This document shows positions 42,901 through 51,272 of a stretch of DNA of 64,000 nt, piece by piece. This stretch comes from an uncultured delta proteobacterium. Lineage in GTDB: Bacteria; Myxococcota_A; Polyangia; Polyangiales; JAFGIB01. The notes beneath the pieces were generated by a model. The model did not search any database. It saw nothing but the letters and a program-made list of their open reading frames with translations, and had not been told where the DNA came from. Position numbers and translations under genes: made by a program. Numbering within the stretch: position 1 is the first letter of the stretch; the number at the start of each line of letters is the position of its first letter. The stretch covers positions 608,001 through 672,000 of the forward strand of contig CAVZVA010000003.1 of the NCBI GenBank assembly GCA_963778655.1, in the 5' to 3' direction.

Positions 42901-44119
42901 GTTCGGACGCGACCAGCAGAGCATCGAGTGGAGCTCGCGTCTGACGCCTGCTCCGCGGCTCGAGCTGAGCGCGGCGCGGGGCGCGCCCTTCAGCGAGCGC
43001 TGGACTCTGCTGTGCGGACCGATCTGGCACTGCGAGCTCAGCGGTCTGACGCCGACGCGGCGAGTGCAGAACGGTCGCTTCGAGCTCGCGCTGCAGCCCT
43101 GGCCCGGCGAGAAGGCGAGCCTGGCGGTGACGCGGCCTGCGCCCGCGTCCGGGCAGTCGGTGGCGATCGACGTGGCCGAGCTCGACGTCACGCCGGGCGT
43201 GCGCTTGCTCGACGCCACGCTCGCGCTCGAGCTGCGCAGCAGCCGCGGCGCGAGCCAGCGCGTGAGCCTGCCGCACGGCGCGCGCGTGCAGTCGCTGCAG
43301 ATGGACGGGCGCGAGCAGCCGATGCGGATCGAGGGCGACGCGATCGAGCTCACCCTGCAGCCCGGCCCGCACGCGCTGAGCCTGCGCTGGCAGCAGGCGA
43401 GCGCGATGGGCGGCGGCACGCGCGTGCCGCAGGTGCGGCTCGGACGGCCCGCGGCCAACGCGCGGGTGCATGTGCGCGTACCGAGCGAGCGCTGGCTGCT
43501 GTGGGCGAGCGGGCCGGCCTGGGGCCCGGCGATCCTGTTCTGGGGCTATCTGGTGCTGGTGCTGGGGGCCGCGTTGCTGCTCGGACGCATGGGTCGCAGC
43601 CCGCTGCGCACACATCAATGGCTGCTGCTCGGGCTCGGCCTGACGCAGGTGCCCGCGCCGGCGGTGCTGGTCGTGGTGGGCTGGTTCTTCGTGATGGCGT
43701 ACCGCGAGCGCATGCCGCAGCAGAGCCGCTGGGTGCACAACCTCAGCCAGCTCGCGCTCGGGGTCTGGACGCTAAGCGCGCTGGGCGTGCTGTATGACGC
43801 GGTGCAGGCCGGCCTGCTGATGCACCCCGACATGCAGGTCGCCGGCGCCGGCAGCGACGGCAACGACCTGCGCTGGTACGTCGACCGCGTGAGCGACGCG
43901 CTGCCCACGCCCGCGATCTACAGCGCCCCGATGTGGCTGTGGCGGGTGTCGATGTTGCTGTGGTCGCTATGGCTGGCCGCGAGCCTGGTGCGCTGGCTGC
44001 CGTGGGCCTTCAACTGCCTGCGCCACGGTGGGTTGTGGAAGAAGGCGCCCAAGCGCGCGGCCCCCATGCCGCCGGCCGTGCCGCCGCCGGCCCCGCAGCC
44101 ACCGCCCGGCTCGCCATGA
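39965..44119 (+). CDS. Large secreted/membrane protein of unknown function (about 1384 aa), internally duplicated
   Basis: Signal peptide; two beta-rich regions each followed by a transmembrane bundle. Confidence 0.85.
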   Translation: MNRASACAFGCALWCVMTAGPALAAPPVEVPGPLQPWVPWVLADAPEHACAFEGDRALCVWPGQLELQLDAHGGRFAQRVQLDRAQAFALPGSAVAWPSAVRVDGRAGSVLDDGGVPSVTLEPGVHRIEGRFEWNALPERLALGETTATVALRVDGQLVPFPRRDEGGALWLRGTAASGEEGDELALSVARKLEDGVPLLVTTRIDLHVAGRAREVSLGRVLLDGTVPLAVEGELPARLEPDGELRLQVRAGKYRVEVRARSEGSPAAFAYRRGGASWPQSEVWVFQADEALRQVELSGAPAIDPARTELDPDWRSLPAFALRAGVALHLGTVRRGESAPPPNRIGLSRELWLDLDGRGFTARDNIDAQLRQGFRLDLLQGELGHVAAGGQDLLITRSPDGKHAGVELRSAHQALVAEWRTNKADGVLPAVGWSEDVQSLSTTLHLGPGFSVLAATGADSVSQSWLQDWDLFDFFFVLLIAIAAGRLSGWPAAVLALVTLVLCHQEQEAPAGAWFALLGAMALLRVVPAGWFRNLVRVGYALAAVTLLVIAVPFAVGQIRQAIYPQLAQGWAGYSQPPMLARPAAPPLMKAGAGSAAMNEPAPEAEAAAPQSQAAARPEPKLMRQVRKADQTVVQKAAPEWLDDSYTASRALQQDPEASVQMGPGVPRWQWRSWQLRWSGPVEKGHQLRLYLLSPAQNRVLSLLRVVLLAALLALLLRRATPGRDRPQPAPKSPPPAVAAAAVLLALGAVLCGARPARAQLPDSELLSELRTRLTKPAECRPSCASIDELSLDVSDAGLVMVAHVHAGERTAVRLPGPAATWTPAQITLDHKSDAPVALLEDGFLHVRVEPGVHLVELRGPLPATDTLTLAFADRPHRARVQARGYKVDGVHEDGRVEQTLQLSRVLSATQGKPLQGAALPPWLLLEREIALGPSWEAHNRLTRVTPAGTPIMVRVPLLAGEAVTDDSLQVVGGELQVSFGRDQQSIEWSSRLTPAPRLELSAARGAPFSERWTLLCGPIWHCELSGLTPTRRVQNGRFELALQPWPGEKASLAVTRPAPASGQSVAIDVAELDVTPGVRLLDATLALELRSSRGASQRVSLPHGARVQSLQMDGREQPMRIEGDAIELTLQPGPHALSLRWQQASAMGGGTRVPQVRLGRPAANARVHVRVPSERWLLWASGPAWGPAILFWGYLVLVLGAALLLGRMGRSPLRTHQWLLLGLGLTQVPAPAVLVVVGWFFVMAYRERMPQQSRWVHNLSQLALGVWTLSALGVLYDAVQAGLLMHPDMQVAGAGSDGNDLRWYVDRVSDALPTPAIYSAPMWLWRVSMLLWSLWLAASLVRWLPWAFNCLRHGGLWKKAPKRAAPMPPAVPPPAPQPPPGSP

Positions 44120-44143
44120 CTCGCGAGGCGGAGCGGAGGAAAT

Positions 44144-44223
44144 GCAACAGCAAGGCGAACAGACGGGGAGAGCTCCATGATGATCGGAGCCGCACCGCCC
44201 GATCTTCCCGTCTTCCTATGGTT
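44144..44223. repeat. Repeat family C, degenerate copy
   Basis: CAACAGCAAGGCG..AGACGGGGAGA ... TCTTCCCGTCTTCC between convergent genes. Confidence 0.55.
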
Positions 44224-44245
44224 CCAAGTCACTGGCTCTGACGCC

Positions 44246-45862
44246 CTACTCCGCGGGCACGGGCACGGGCCCTGCGGCGGGCAGCGCCGTTGCCGCGGCA
44301 GGTTCTTGCTCAGCGTGCGTGCTGGGCGAGGTCGCAGTTGCGGTTGCGAGCTTGGCGCAGCCGAGCAGGAATCCCGACACGGCCAGATAGCTCATCGCCA
44401 CCACCGGGGTCTGACCCAGGCCGATCGCCTCGCCGTGCATGAAGCCGAAGAAGGTAAGCGTCGCGCCGGCCAGTGCGAAGCCCGCGGCCTTGCCGAACTG
44501 GCGATCGATCACGAACACGCCGATCGCGCCCAGAATCAGGCCGCCCAGAATCGAGCCGCCGCCGAGCACCGCCATCCCGTGATACAGCACGCCGGTCTGG
44601 CCGAGCTTGTCCATGCCGACCGCGGTCGCGCTGGTGCCGGCGGCGCCGAGCGCGTTGTCGATCTGCAGCTTGCCCCACGCCGCCAGGTGCGGGGTCAGCG
44701 CGAGCACGATCGCCGGCGCGTGCTTCTTGGGCGTCTCCTGGAACGCCTGCGCCCCGATCAGCATGCCGATGTAGAGCAGGATCGGCGAGATCGCGACCAC
44801 GGGGATCAACGACACCATCACGGAAATGATGCCGAGCCACGAGAGCGCGATCACGGCGAGACCGGTGGCGGCCGAGTAGCCGATGCGACCGCCCATCGCC
44901 TTCCAGCCCGGGTGCCCGATGTAGACGGCGTTGATGAACGGATTGCCCATCAGGCAGCCGATCAGGCTGACCACGCCATCGGCGGTCAGCACGCGCGTGG
45001 TGGGGAAGCTGTCGCCGGCCACGCTGGCGCTCTCCACGTTGTCGATCGCCTCGACCAGATCGTAGATGCCGAAGGGTATCGCGGTCACCAGGATCACCCC
45101 CAGGAACTGGAAGCCCGAGAACACGTGGCCCGCGGCGGGCAGCGGCAACGCGAAGCCGAAGTTGGCGACCGAATCGGCGAGCTTGCCGAGGCTCATCTCG
45201 CCGTAGCCGAGCCCGAGCGCGCTCGAGCCCCACGCGATCGCCGTGCCGACCGCAATCGCGACCAGCCCCGCGGGGGTGCCCTTGAAGTAGCGCACCCCGC
45301 CGAACCAGCTGGCGAGGATCACCGCGAAGCACACCACGCCGATGAACGGCGTCATGAACATCTCGAGCGCGGGCCGCATCGAGATGAAGGTCACCGATAC
45401 ACCCGCCAGCGTGCCGAGCAGGGCCGCGCGCGGCGTGATCTTGCGGATCACCGGCGCGATGAAACCGCCGGCCATCAGCACGAAGCTCTGGATGAATACC
45501 CAGGTCAGGCCGGCTTCCCAGCCCTTCACCGGATCGTGGGTCTTGCTGGCGATCGGCAGCATGATCACGAACGTGACCACGAACATGTGCGGCACGCTGA
45601 TGCCGGAGGGCAGCGCGCAGACGTCAGTGCGCCCGGTGCGCTTGGCCAGGCGGTAGGCGAGCCACGCGTAGTACAGCGTGCTCAGGCACAACATCAGGCC
45701 GGTCGCCGGCAGGATGCGGTGAAAGACCAAGTCGTCGGGCATCTTCAGCACGAAGCGCAACAGCCCAGTCAACACCAGCAAGTTGACCAGGATGTTGGTT
45801 CCGAAGCCGAAGAAAGCGTTCCAGTCGCCGGGCGTCCAGATCTTTGGTTTGGTTTCGACCAT
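44246..45862 (-). CDS. NCS2/AzgA-like permease
   Basis: GDWNAFFGF, ALPSGISVPH, PRAALLGTLAG, AVYIGHPGWKAMGGRIGYS; many TM helices. Confidence 0.88.
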   Translation of the reverse strand: MVETKPKIWTPGDWNAFFGFGTNILVNLLVLTGLLRFVLKMPDDLVFHRILPATGLMLCLSTLYYAWLAYRLAKRTGRTDVCALPSGISVPHMFVVTFVIMLPIASKTHDPVKGWEAGLTWVFIQSFVLMAGGFIAPVIRKITPRAALLGTLAGVSVTFISMRPALEMFMTPFIGVVCFAVILASWFGGVRYFKGTPAGLVAIAVGTAIAWGSSALGLGYGEMSLGKLADSVANFGFALPLPAAGHVFSGFQFLGVILVTAIPFGIYDLVEAIDNVESASVAGDSFPTTRVLTADGVVSLIGCLMGNPFINAVYIGHPGWKAMGGRIGYSAATGLAVIALSWLGIISVMVSLIPVVAISPILLYIGMLIGAQAFQETPKKHAPAIVLALTPHLAAWGKLQIDNALGAAGTSATAVGMDKLGQTGVLYHGMAVLGGGSILGGLILGAIGVFVIDRQFGKAAGFALAGATLTFFGFMHGEAIGLGQTPVVAMSYLAVSGFLLGCAKLATATATSPSTHAEQEPAAATALPAAGPVPVPAE

Positions 45863-45887
45863 ATCGAACCTCTCACCTGTGGCGTGC

Positions 45888-46592
45888 TCAATCCATCGTC
45901 GTGGCGCGCGAAGACAGAGGGGCCTGCGCCAAGGCAGCCAGAACTCGTGACGAATCGCTGACCCAGCCGAAGATGCCTCCCTGCGCCTTGATCATGCGCA
46001 GGCCGATCTCGTGGAGCTCGGGGAAGTAGGAGGCGCAACAATCGCCGGGCACGATGCAGCGGAAGCCGCGATCGTTGGCCTCGCGCACCGTCGTGTGTAC
46101 ACAGACCTCGGTCGTCACCCCGCACACGATCAAATTCTCGATCCTGCGGTTGCCGAGCAGCGCGTGCAGGTCGGTAGCGTAGAACGCGCCCTTGCCCGGC
46201 TTGTCGACCACGGGCTCGGCGGGTTGGGGGTAGAGCTCGGAGACGATGTCGTGACCGGGCTCGCCGCGGATCAGGATGCGGCCCATTGGGCCGGGGGCGC
46301 CGATGCGCAGGCTGGGCGCCCCGCGCTCGACCTTGGCCGGTGGCGCGTCCGACAGATCGGGGCGGTGTCCTTCGCGCGTGTGGATCACGAGCAAACGCCT
46401 GCGTCGCGCTTCGTCGAGCAAGGCCTTGCAGGGCGCGACCGCGCGCTGCAGCAGCGACACGTCGTTGCCGAGCGTTTCCCCGAACCCGCCCGGCTCGAGA
46501 AAATCGCGCTGCATGTCGATGATGATCAGAGCCGTCCGCTCGAGATGAATCGCGATGGGCTCCGGTTCCGCGTCGATGATCGCTGTGGCCAT
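45888..46592 (-). CDS. Isochorismatase-like cysteine hydrolase, triuret hydrolase (TrtA)/biuret hydrolase clade
   Basis: IDMQRDF..GGFG..LGND, DKPGKGAFYATDL, GVTTEVCV, ASYFP, AQGGIFG. Confidence 0.9.
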   Translation of the reverse strand: MATAIIDAEPEPIAIHLERTALIIIDMQRDFLEPGGFGETLGNDVSLLQRAVAPCKALLDEARRRRLLVIHTREGHRPDLSDAPPAKVERGAPSLRIGAPGPMGRILIRGEPGHDIVSELYPQPAEPVVDKPGKGAFYATDLHALLGNRRIENLIVCGVTTEVCVHTTVREANDRGFRCIVPGDCCASYFPELHEIGLRMIKAQGGIFGWVSDSSRVLAALAQAPLSSRATTMD

Positions 46593-46732
46593 GGTGCTCG
46601 CCTCGCCCCCGACCTATGTGCAGCTGTTGCCCGCAGCTGTAGGCCGGACGCCATTTCTGCGCGGTGTCGCCGGCGTAAATTGCCGTAAATTGCTGGCTCG
46701 ACAGGGAACTGACGGTGCCTACTGTATGCGGC

Positions 46733-47110
46733 ATGGACTTCGAAGCGATCGCCCGCCACGTGGCCGAAACGATCGAGCGCAGCGGCAGCGCCAAGGCCGT
46801 GTTCGGTGAGCCGCTCAAGCTGCAGACCCAAACCATCGTGCCGGTCGCGGTGGTCGAGGCGCGCGTCGGCGCCGGAATGGGGCACGCGCCCGTGGTTGGC
46901 GGCGGGGGCGGCGGCGGCATGAATCTCAGAGTCCTTCCCATCGGTTACATCCACGAGCGGGACGGCGCCGTGGTCTTCAGCCCGATCGAGCTGCCCGAGG
47001 ACCTGCGCGCCTCGCAGGCGGCGGCCGGCGCGGCCCGGCCACGCGAGCAGCGTCCCTTGGTGGCGCAGATGCTCAACCTGCTGCGCGAGCGCCGTCACGG
47101 CGGCGCCTGA
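46733..47110 (+). CDS. YtfJ/GerW-like protein
   Basis: VFGEP..TIVPVA..GGGGGGG...PIGYI. Confidence 0.8.
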   Translation: MDFEAIARHVAETIERSGSAKAVFGEPLKLQTQTIVPVAVVEARVGAGMGHAPVVGGGGGGGMNLRVLPIGYIHERDGAVVFSPIELPEDLRASQAAAGAARPREQRPLVAQMLNLLRERRHGGA

Positions 47111-47120
47111 GCGGGGTGGA

Positions 47121-47990
47121 TCAGCGCGGCTCGATCTGGATGTCGCGGGGGGCGATGCGCAACGTGCCCAGATGAGTGGGGATCGCCTGGTCGATCGCAA
47201 TCGTCGCCTGGAGGTCGCCGCGGAGCTGGGCGGGCAAAGCGCCCTGTAGCTTCACCGTCACCGGCAAGTCCGCGTCCAGGTGCGGATGAATGGTCTGGCG
47301 CACAGGCACCGACAGCTTGCGCTTGACCGGCACCCGCAGCGCCCCCTTCACGCGCACGTTCTGTTTGATCGGCACCTGCAGCTCGATCGGCACCGTCAGG
47401 TGCAGCGGCACGCGCAGCTTGCGGATGCCGAGCTTCAGACGGTCCCGCACGTGCACCTTCTGGTGCACCGGCACGCGCGTCTTGACCGCGACCTGGGCCT
47501 TGACTGGCACTTTGATCCCGAGGGCGGTGCTCACCTCGGTGTCGATCGGGATCACGGTGTCGATGGGAATCGAGTCGTCGACGAAGATATCGGTGTCGAT
47601 CGGCACCTCGAGCTGGCTCAGGTCGAGCTCGCGCTCGGTCAGCACCAGGTCGATGGGAACGCGCGTGGAGACCGCCACCCGCTCGTCGATCGCGACCGAG
47701 GTGTCGATAGGAACGTCGAGCGTGAAATCGAGCGGAACTTTGATCTTCTCGTCGAGCGGGATCGCCAGCTCGCCGAGCTTGACGTGCGCCTGAAGCTCCT
47801 TGTCGACCTCTACCTCGATCTGCTGCGACAACGCCGCACGCAGCGGGAGCTTGCCGCGGATCCACACCGGGATGTCCTGATCGAGCCGCACGACGATGGT
47901 CGCATGGCGATAGAGGGCCACGCCCAGGGCAGCCACGGCGCTCACGCCCACCGCCGCGGCGATCGACCAGCCGATCCATGTTCGCTTCAC
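47121..47990 (-). CDS. Membrane-anchored protein of repetitive amphipathic beta-strands
   Basis: One N-terminal TM helix, then (V/I)PID/(V)PVK-type repeats; GGAGG RBS. Confidence 0.8.
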   Translation of the reverse strand: MKRTWIGWSIAAAVGVSAVAALGVALYRHATIVVRLDQDIPVWIRGKLPLRAALSQQIEVEVDKELQAHVKLGELAIPLDEKIKVPLDFTLDVPIDTSVAIDERVAVSTRVPIDLVLTERELDLSQLEVPIDTDIFVDDSIPIDTVIPIDTEVSTALGIKVPVKAQVAVKTRVPVHQKVHVRDRLKLGIRKLRVPLHLTVPIELQVPIKQNVRVKGALRVPVKRKLSVPVRQTIHPHLDADLPVTVKLQGALPAQLRGDLQATIAIDQAIPTHLGTLRIAPRDIQIEPR

Positions 47991-48148
47991 GCTCGCCTCC
48001 TGGGTTGGCGGCCATCCTACAGCCGCAGCCTCAAGAGCCCGTGATTTGTGCTCGCCACGGCACGAATGACCCGTGCTGGCGGCAGGCTACGACACCCAGC
48101 GGTGAGGGTCGTTTGACTCAGGCGCCGCGCCAGCCTGCCTGCAGCGCG

Positions 48149-51100
48149 TCAGGCGCTTTGGGCCAGGGCGGTCGCGGCCTCCTGACCCGCGCCCTTCATC
48201 CCGATCGCCTGCGCTTCGTCGCGCGCGCGCGCCAGCAGGTCTCGCGCGCTGGCGCGGTGACCCAGGCGCGCGGCGAGCTGACCGTGGGCGAGCAGCGTGC
48301 GCACGACGCCGGCCCGGTAGCCCATTCCGCGGTTGCGCTCCAGCGCGCGCTCGAAGTGTGCCCCGGCCCTCACGCTGCGGCCGGTGGCCTGCGCGAGCAA
48401 CCCCAGGAAGTACGAGACCGAGCCCAGGTAGTAGCCCATCTGGCTCGGCGTGTTGAGCTCGGCGTAGGGCTCGAGCAGCGCCAGCAGCTGCTCGCACAGC
48501 GGTTTGTCGTCGAGCGCGGCCGCGCTCACGGCGATGTTGGCGAGCATATTGAGGTAGTAGCCGTCCCGCGGATGGCCGCTCGGGTCGCCGACGATCGAGA
48601 GCTGCTTGCGCGCGAGCTCGTGCTGCCCCGCCTCGGCCGCGACGCGCGCCGTGCTCGCGCGCATCGCGGTGGTCATGTCCACCAGCGCGGCGCTGGCCAG
48701 CACCCCGCGCGCAGCCACGGCCTTGGCTCCCTCGCGTTCGAGGGCGACCGTCAACGTGTGGGTGCGGTAGAACAGGTCCGCGTACGAGACGCCGGCGCGC
48801 AGCGCGGCGATCCGCAGCTTCTCGAAGCGGCGCTCCGATTCATCGAAGCGGCCGTCGAGGAAGCAGCGTTGCGCGGCGAGGCGGTCGCAGAAGAAGGTGG
48901 CTTCCGGCCAGTGTTGCTGGCCGATTCCCGCCTTCATCTGCTCGAGCGCGAGGTCCGCTTCTGCGATGCGCCCGGCCAGCAGGTGGGCAGAAAAGCGGGC
49001 GCCGAGCGCGTCACCCGTATACCAGGTGCGCTGGCCGGCCTCGACGGCGAGCATGCGATCGGCGACCTGCAACAGCTCCTCTATGTCGTCGGGGCCGCTG
49101 AGCGCGAACAGCCGGGCGCGAAGCGCCTCCAGCGTGGGCTCGGCGCCCGGGAGCTCGAACGCGAGTGCCTCCGCCCGCGCGCTCAGCTGCTTGCTGCGCG
49201 ACATGTCGCTCGCATACGGAGGCATGTACGCGAGCTGGGACAACGCGCTGACCAGCGTCGGGCTCGGCGCCTCGGACAGGCGTTGCAACACGCCTTCGAG
49301 CGCCGCGCGCGACGGCGCGTCGGGCACCATCGACATCGCCACGGTCGGCCGCCGCAAGCGCGTCGCCTGCGTCACCAGATCTTCCATCCCCGGCTGTTGG
49401 GCCAGCTCGAGCAAGCGCGCGCTGGTTTCGAGCGCGTCGTGGGTGCGGCCGGCCAGCCGCTGGGCGGTCGCCAGCGACAGCAACAGCTGGGCACGCGTGC
49501 GCGCGTCGGCGCCACCCGCGAAGACCTGAGCCTCGAGCGCCCAGCTGTAGTAGCTCACGGCGTGCTCGTGGTCGAACACGCGCTGCGCCGCGTCGCCGGC
49601 TCTGCGCGCGTGCGTCATCACGGCCAGGTGATCGCCCGCCGGCAGCGATAAGTAGAAGTGCCGGGCGACCTCGCCCAACTTGCGGGCGTCGTCGGGCCGG
49701 GTCAGCAGCAGCGTCCCGAGCTTGCGGTGCAACGCCACCCGCTCGGACATGGGCACGTCCTCGTAGAGCACCGATTGAAACAGCGCGTGAACGAAGGTGT
49801 AGGTGTGCGGAGCGTCGCTCTTGATCTGGCCCTCAGAGAGCGCGGGCTCCAGCCGCTCGAGCAACACCTCGGGCTCGATCTCGGCGATCGTCAACAGCAG
49901 CGATAGATCGAAGCTCTCGCCGATCACAGCGGCCGTCCCCAGCAAGTCTACGGTGGGTTGCGGAAGCCGGCGCATGCGCTCGCGCAGCAGATCGCGTGCC
50001 AGGCGCGGGACGCGCACTGCATCGGCGGTGAGGTGCTCGAACGCCTGCTCCCCGTGCTCGCGCACCAGCGAGCGGACGATCTCCTCCACGAACAGCGGCA
50101 CGCCGCCGGCCGCGCGCCGCACCGCCTCCGCCAACTCGCGCGTGGGTTGTTGGTGGGCGATGATGCGACTGAGCTCCGCGACCTGCTCGGTGTCGAGCCT
50201 GCTGAGAGCCACGGTACGCCCTTGCCTGAGCACGCGACGCAACGGCTGATCGCGCGAGCTGCCTGGCTGGAGCTCGCCTTCGCGCAGCGTGACCACGATG
50301 CACAGCGGCAGCTCCTCGAGCTCCGGCGCCAGCAGCCCGAGCAAGTCCAAGGTGCTGGCGTCGGCCCACTGCACGTCGTCGAGCACCAGCAACGTGGGCC
50401 CGGTGGCAGCCAGGTCGCGCAGCACTCCGGCCACGTGCTCGATCGACAAGAAGCGGCCTGCGCTCGCCCGCTCGAGCCCGGGCGCGCCGCCCGGGTCGTC
50501 GGCGCCGCCGATGTCAGAGATCATGCGGGTCGCCCGCGCCGCGAGCTGCGGGTGCTCGCGGGCCAACCCGCGCAGGGCTGCGGCGATCGGCCAAAACGGG
50601 GGCGCGGTGGCTTCCTGGGGACAGCGTCCGATCAGGGTCTTGACGTTCCGCTCGGCGACGCCAGCGGCGAGCTCCTGCGCGCAGCGCGTCTTGCCGATGC
50701 CCGCCTCGCCGGTGATGACGCAGAGCGATCCACGACCCGCGATCGCTTCCTCCACCCGCTGCCGCAGCTCCGACATGGCCCGTTCGCGGCCCACGAAGTT
50801 GGACGAAGGGCGCGGCGCGATCGAGGCCGCGCCGGCTTCGGGCGCCGCATCGGTCCCGGAGGTGAGCTCGGCGTTGAAGCGGTAGCCCCGTCCCGCGATC
50901 GTCTCTATCGGATGTCGGGCGCCGCGCGGTTGGCCCAGCGCCTGCCTGATGTGGCTGACGCACCAGGCGATCACGTTTTCGTTGACCGCCTCGTCGTGCC
51001 ACAGCTCGTGCAGCAACTCGCCCTTGGTCACCACGGCGCCGTGGTGCTCGACCAGATAGCGGAGCACGTCGAAGACCTTGGGCTGCATCGGCAGCACGCG

Positions 51101-51166
51101 CCCCCCGCGCTTGAGCGCGAAGCGGCTGAGGTCCAGCTCGAAGCTCCCGAACCGATACCAGCCCAC
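48149..51166 (-). CDS. Winged-helix (CadC-like) regulator with P-loop ATPase and helical repeats
   Basis: YRFGSFELD..PKVFDVL..IETIAGRGYRF; GEAGIGKT; LDDVQWAD; GGVPLF. Confidence 0.92.
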   Translation of the reverse strand: MGWYRFGSFELDLSRFALKRGGRVLPMQPKVFDVLRYLVEHHGAVVTKGELLHELWHDEAVNENVIAWCVSHIRQALGQPRGARHPIETIAGRGYRFNAELTSGTDAAPEAGAASIAPRPSSNFVGRERAMSELRQRVEEAIAGRGSLCVITGEAGIGKTRCAQELAAGVAERNVKTLIGRCPQEATAPPFWPIAAALRGLAREHPQLAARATRMISDIGGADDPGGAPGLERASAGRFLSIEHVAGVLRDLAATGPTLLVLDDVQWADASTLDLLGLLAPELEELPLCIVVTLREGELQPGSSRDQPLRRVLRQGRTVALSRLDTEQVAELSRIIAHQQPTRELAEAVRRAAGGVPLFVEEIVRSLVREHGEQAFEHLTADAVRVPRLARDLLRERMRRLPQPTVDLLGTAAVIGESFDLSLLLTIAEIEPEVLLERLEPALSEGQIKSDAPHTYTFVHALFQSVLYEDVPMSERVALHRKLGTLLLTRPDDARKLGEVARHFYLSLPAGDHLAVMTHARRAGDAAQRVFDHEHAVSYYSWALEAQVFAGGADARTRAQLLLSLATAQRLAGRTHDALETSARLLELAQQPGMEDLVTQATRLRRPTVAMSMVPDAPSRAALEGVLQRLSEAPSPTLVSALSQLAYMPPYASDMSRSKQLSARAEALAFELPGAEPTLEALRARLFALSGPDDIEELLQVADRMLAVEAGQRTWYTGDALGARFSAHLLAGRIAEADLALEQMKAGIGQQHWPEATFFCDRLAAQRCFLDGRFDESERRFEKLRIAALRAGVSYADLFYRTHTLTVALEREGAKAVAARGVLASAALVDMTTAMRASTARVAAEAGQHELARKQLSIVGDPSGHPRDGYYLNMLANIAVSAAALDDKPLCEQLLALLEPYAELNTPSQMGYYLGSVSYFLGLLAQATGRSVRAGAHFERALERNRGMGYRAGVVRTLLAHGQLAARLGHRASARDLLARARDEAQAIGMKGAGQEAATALAQSA

Positions 51167-51272
51167 GACTCACTCTAGCACTGGGGTCACACCCTGAACA
51201 CCGGAGCCCGTGCTCCCCTCGCGGCGCGCGGCCCGGCGCAAGGCTCCTGCGTCGAGACCATTTCGATCGCCG

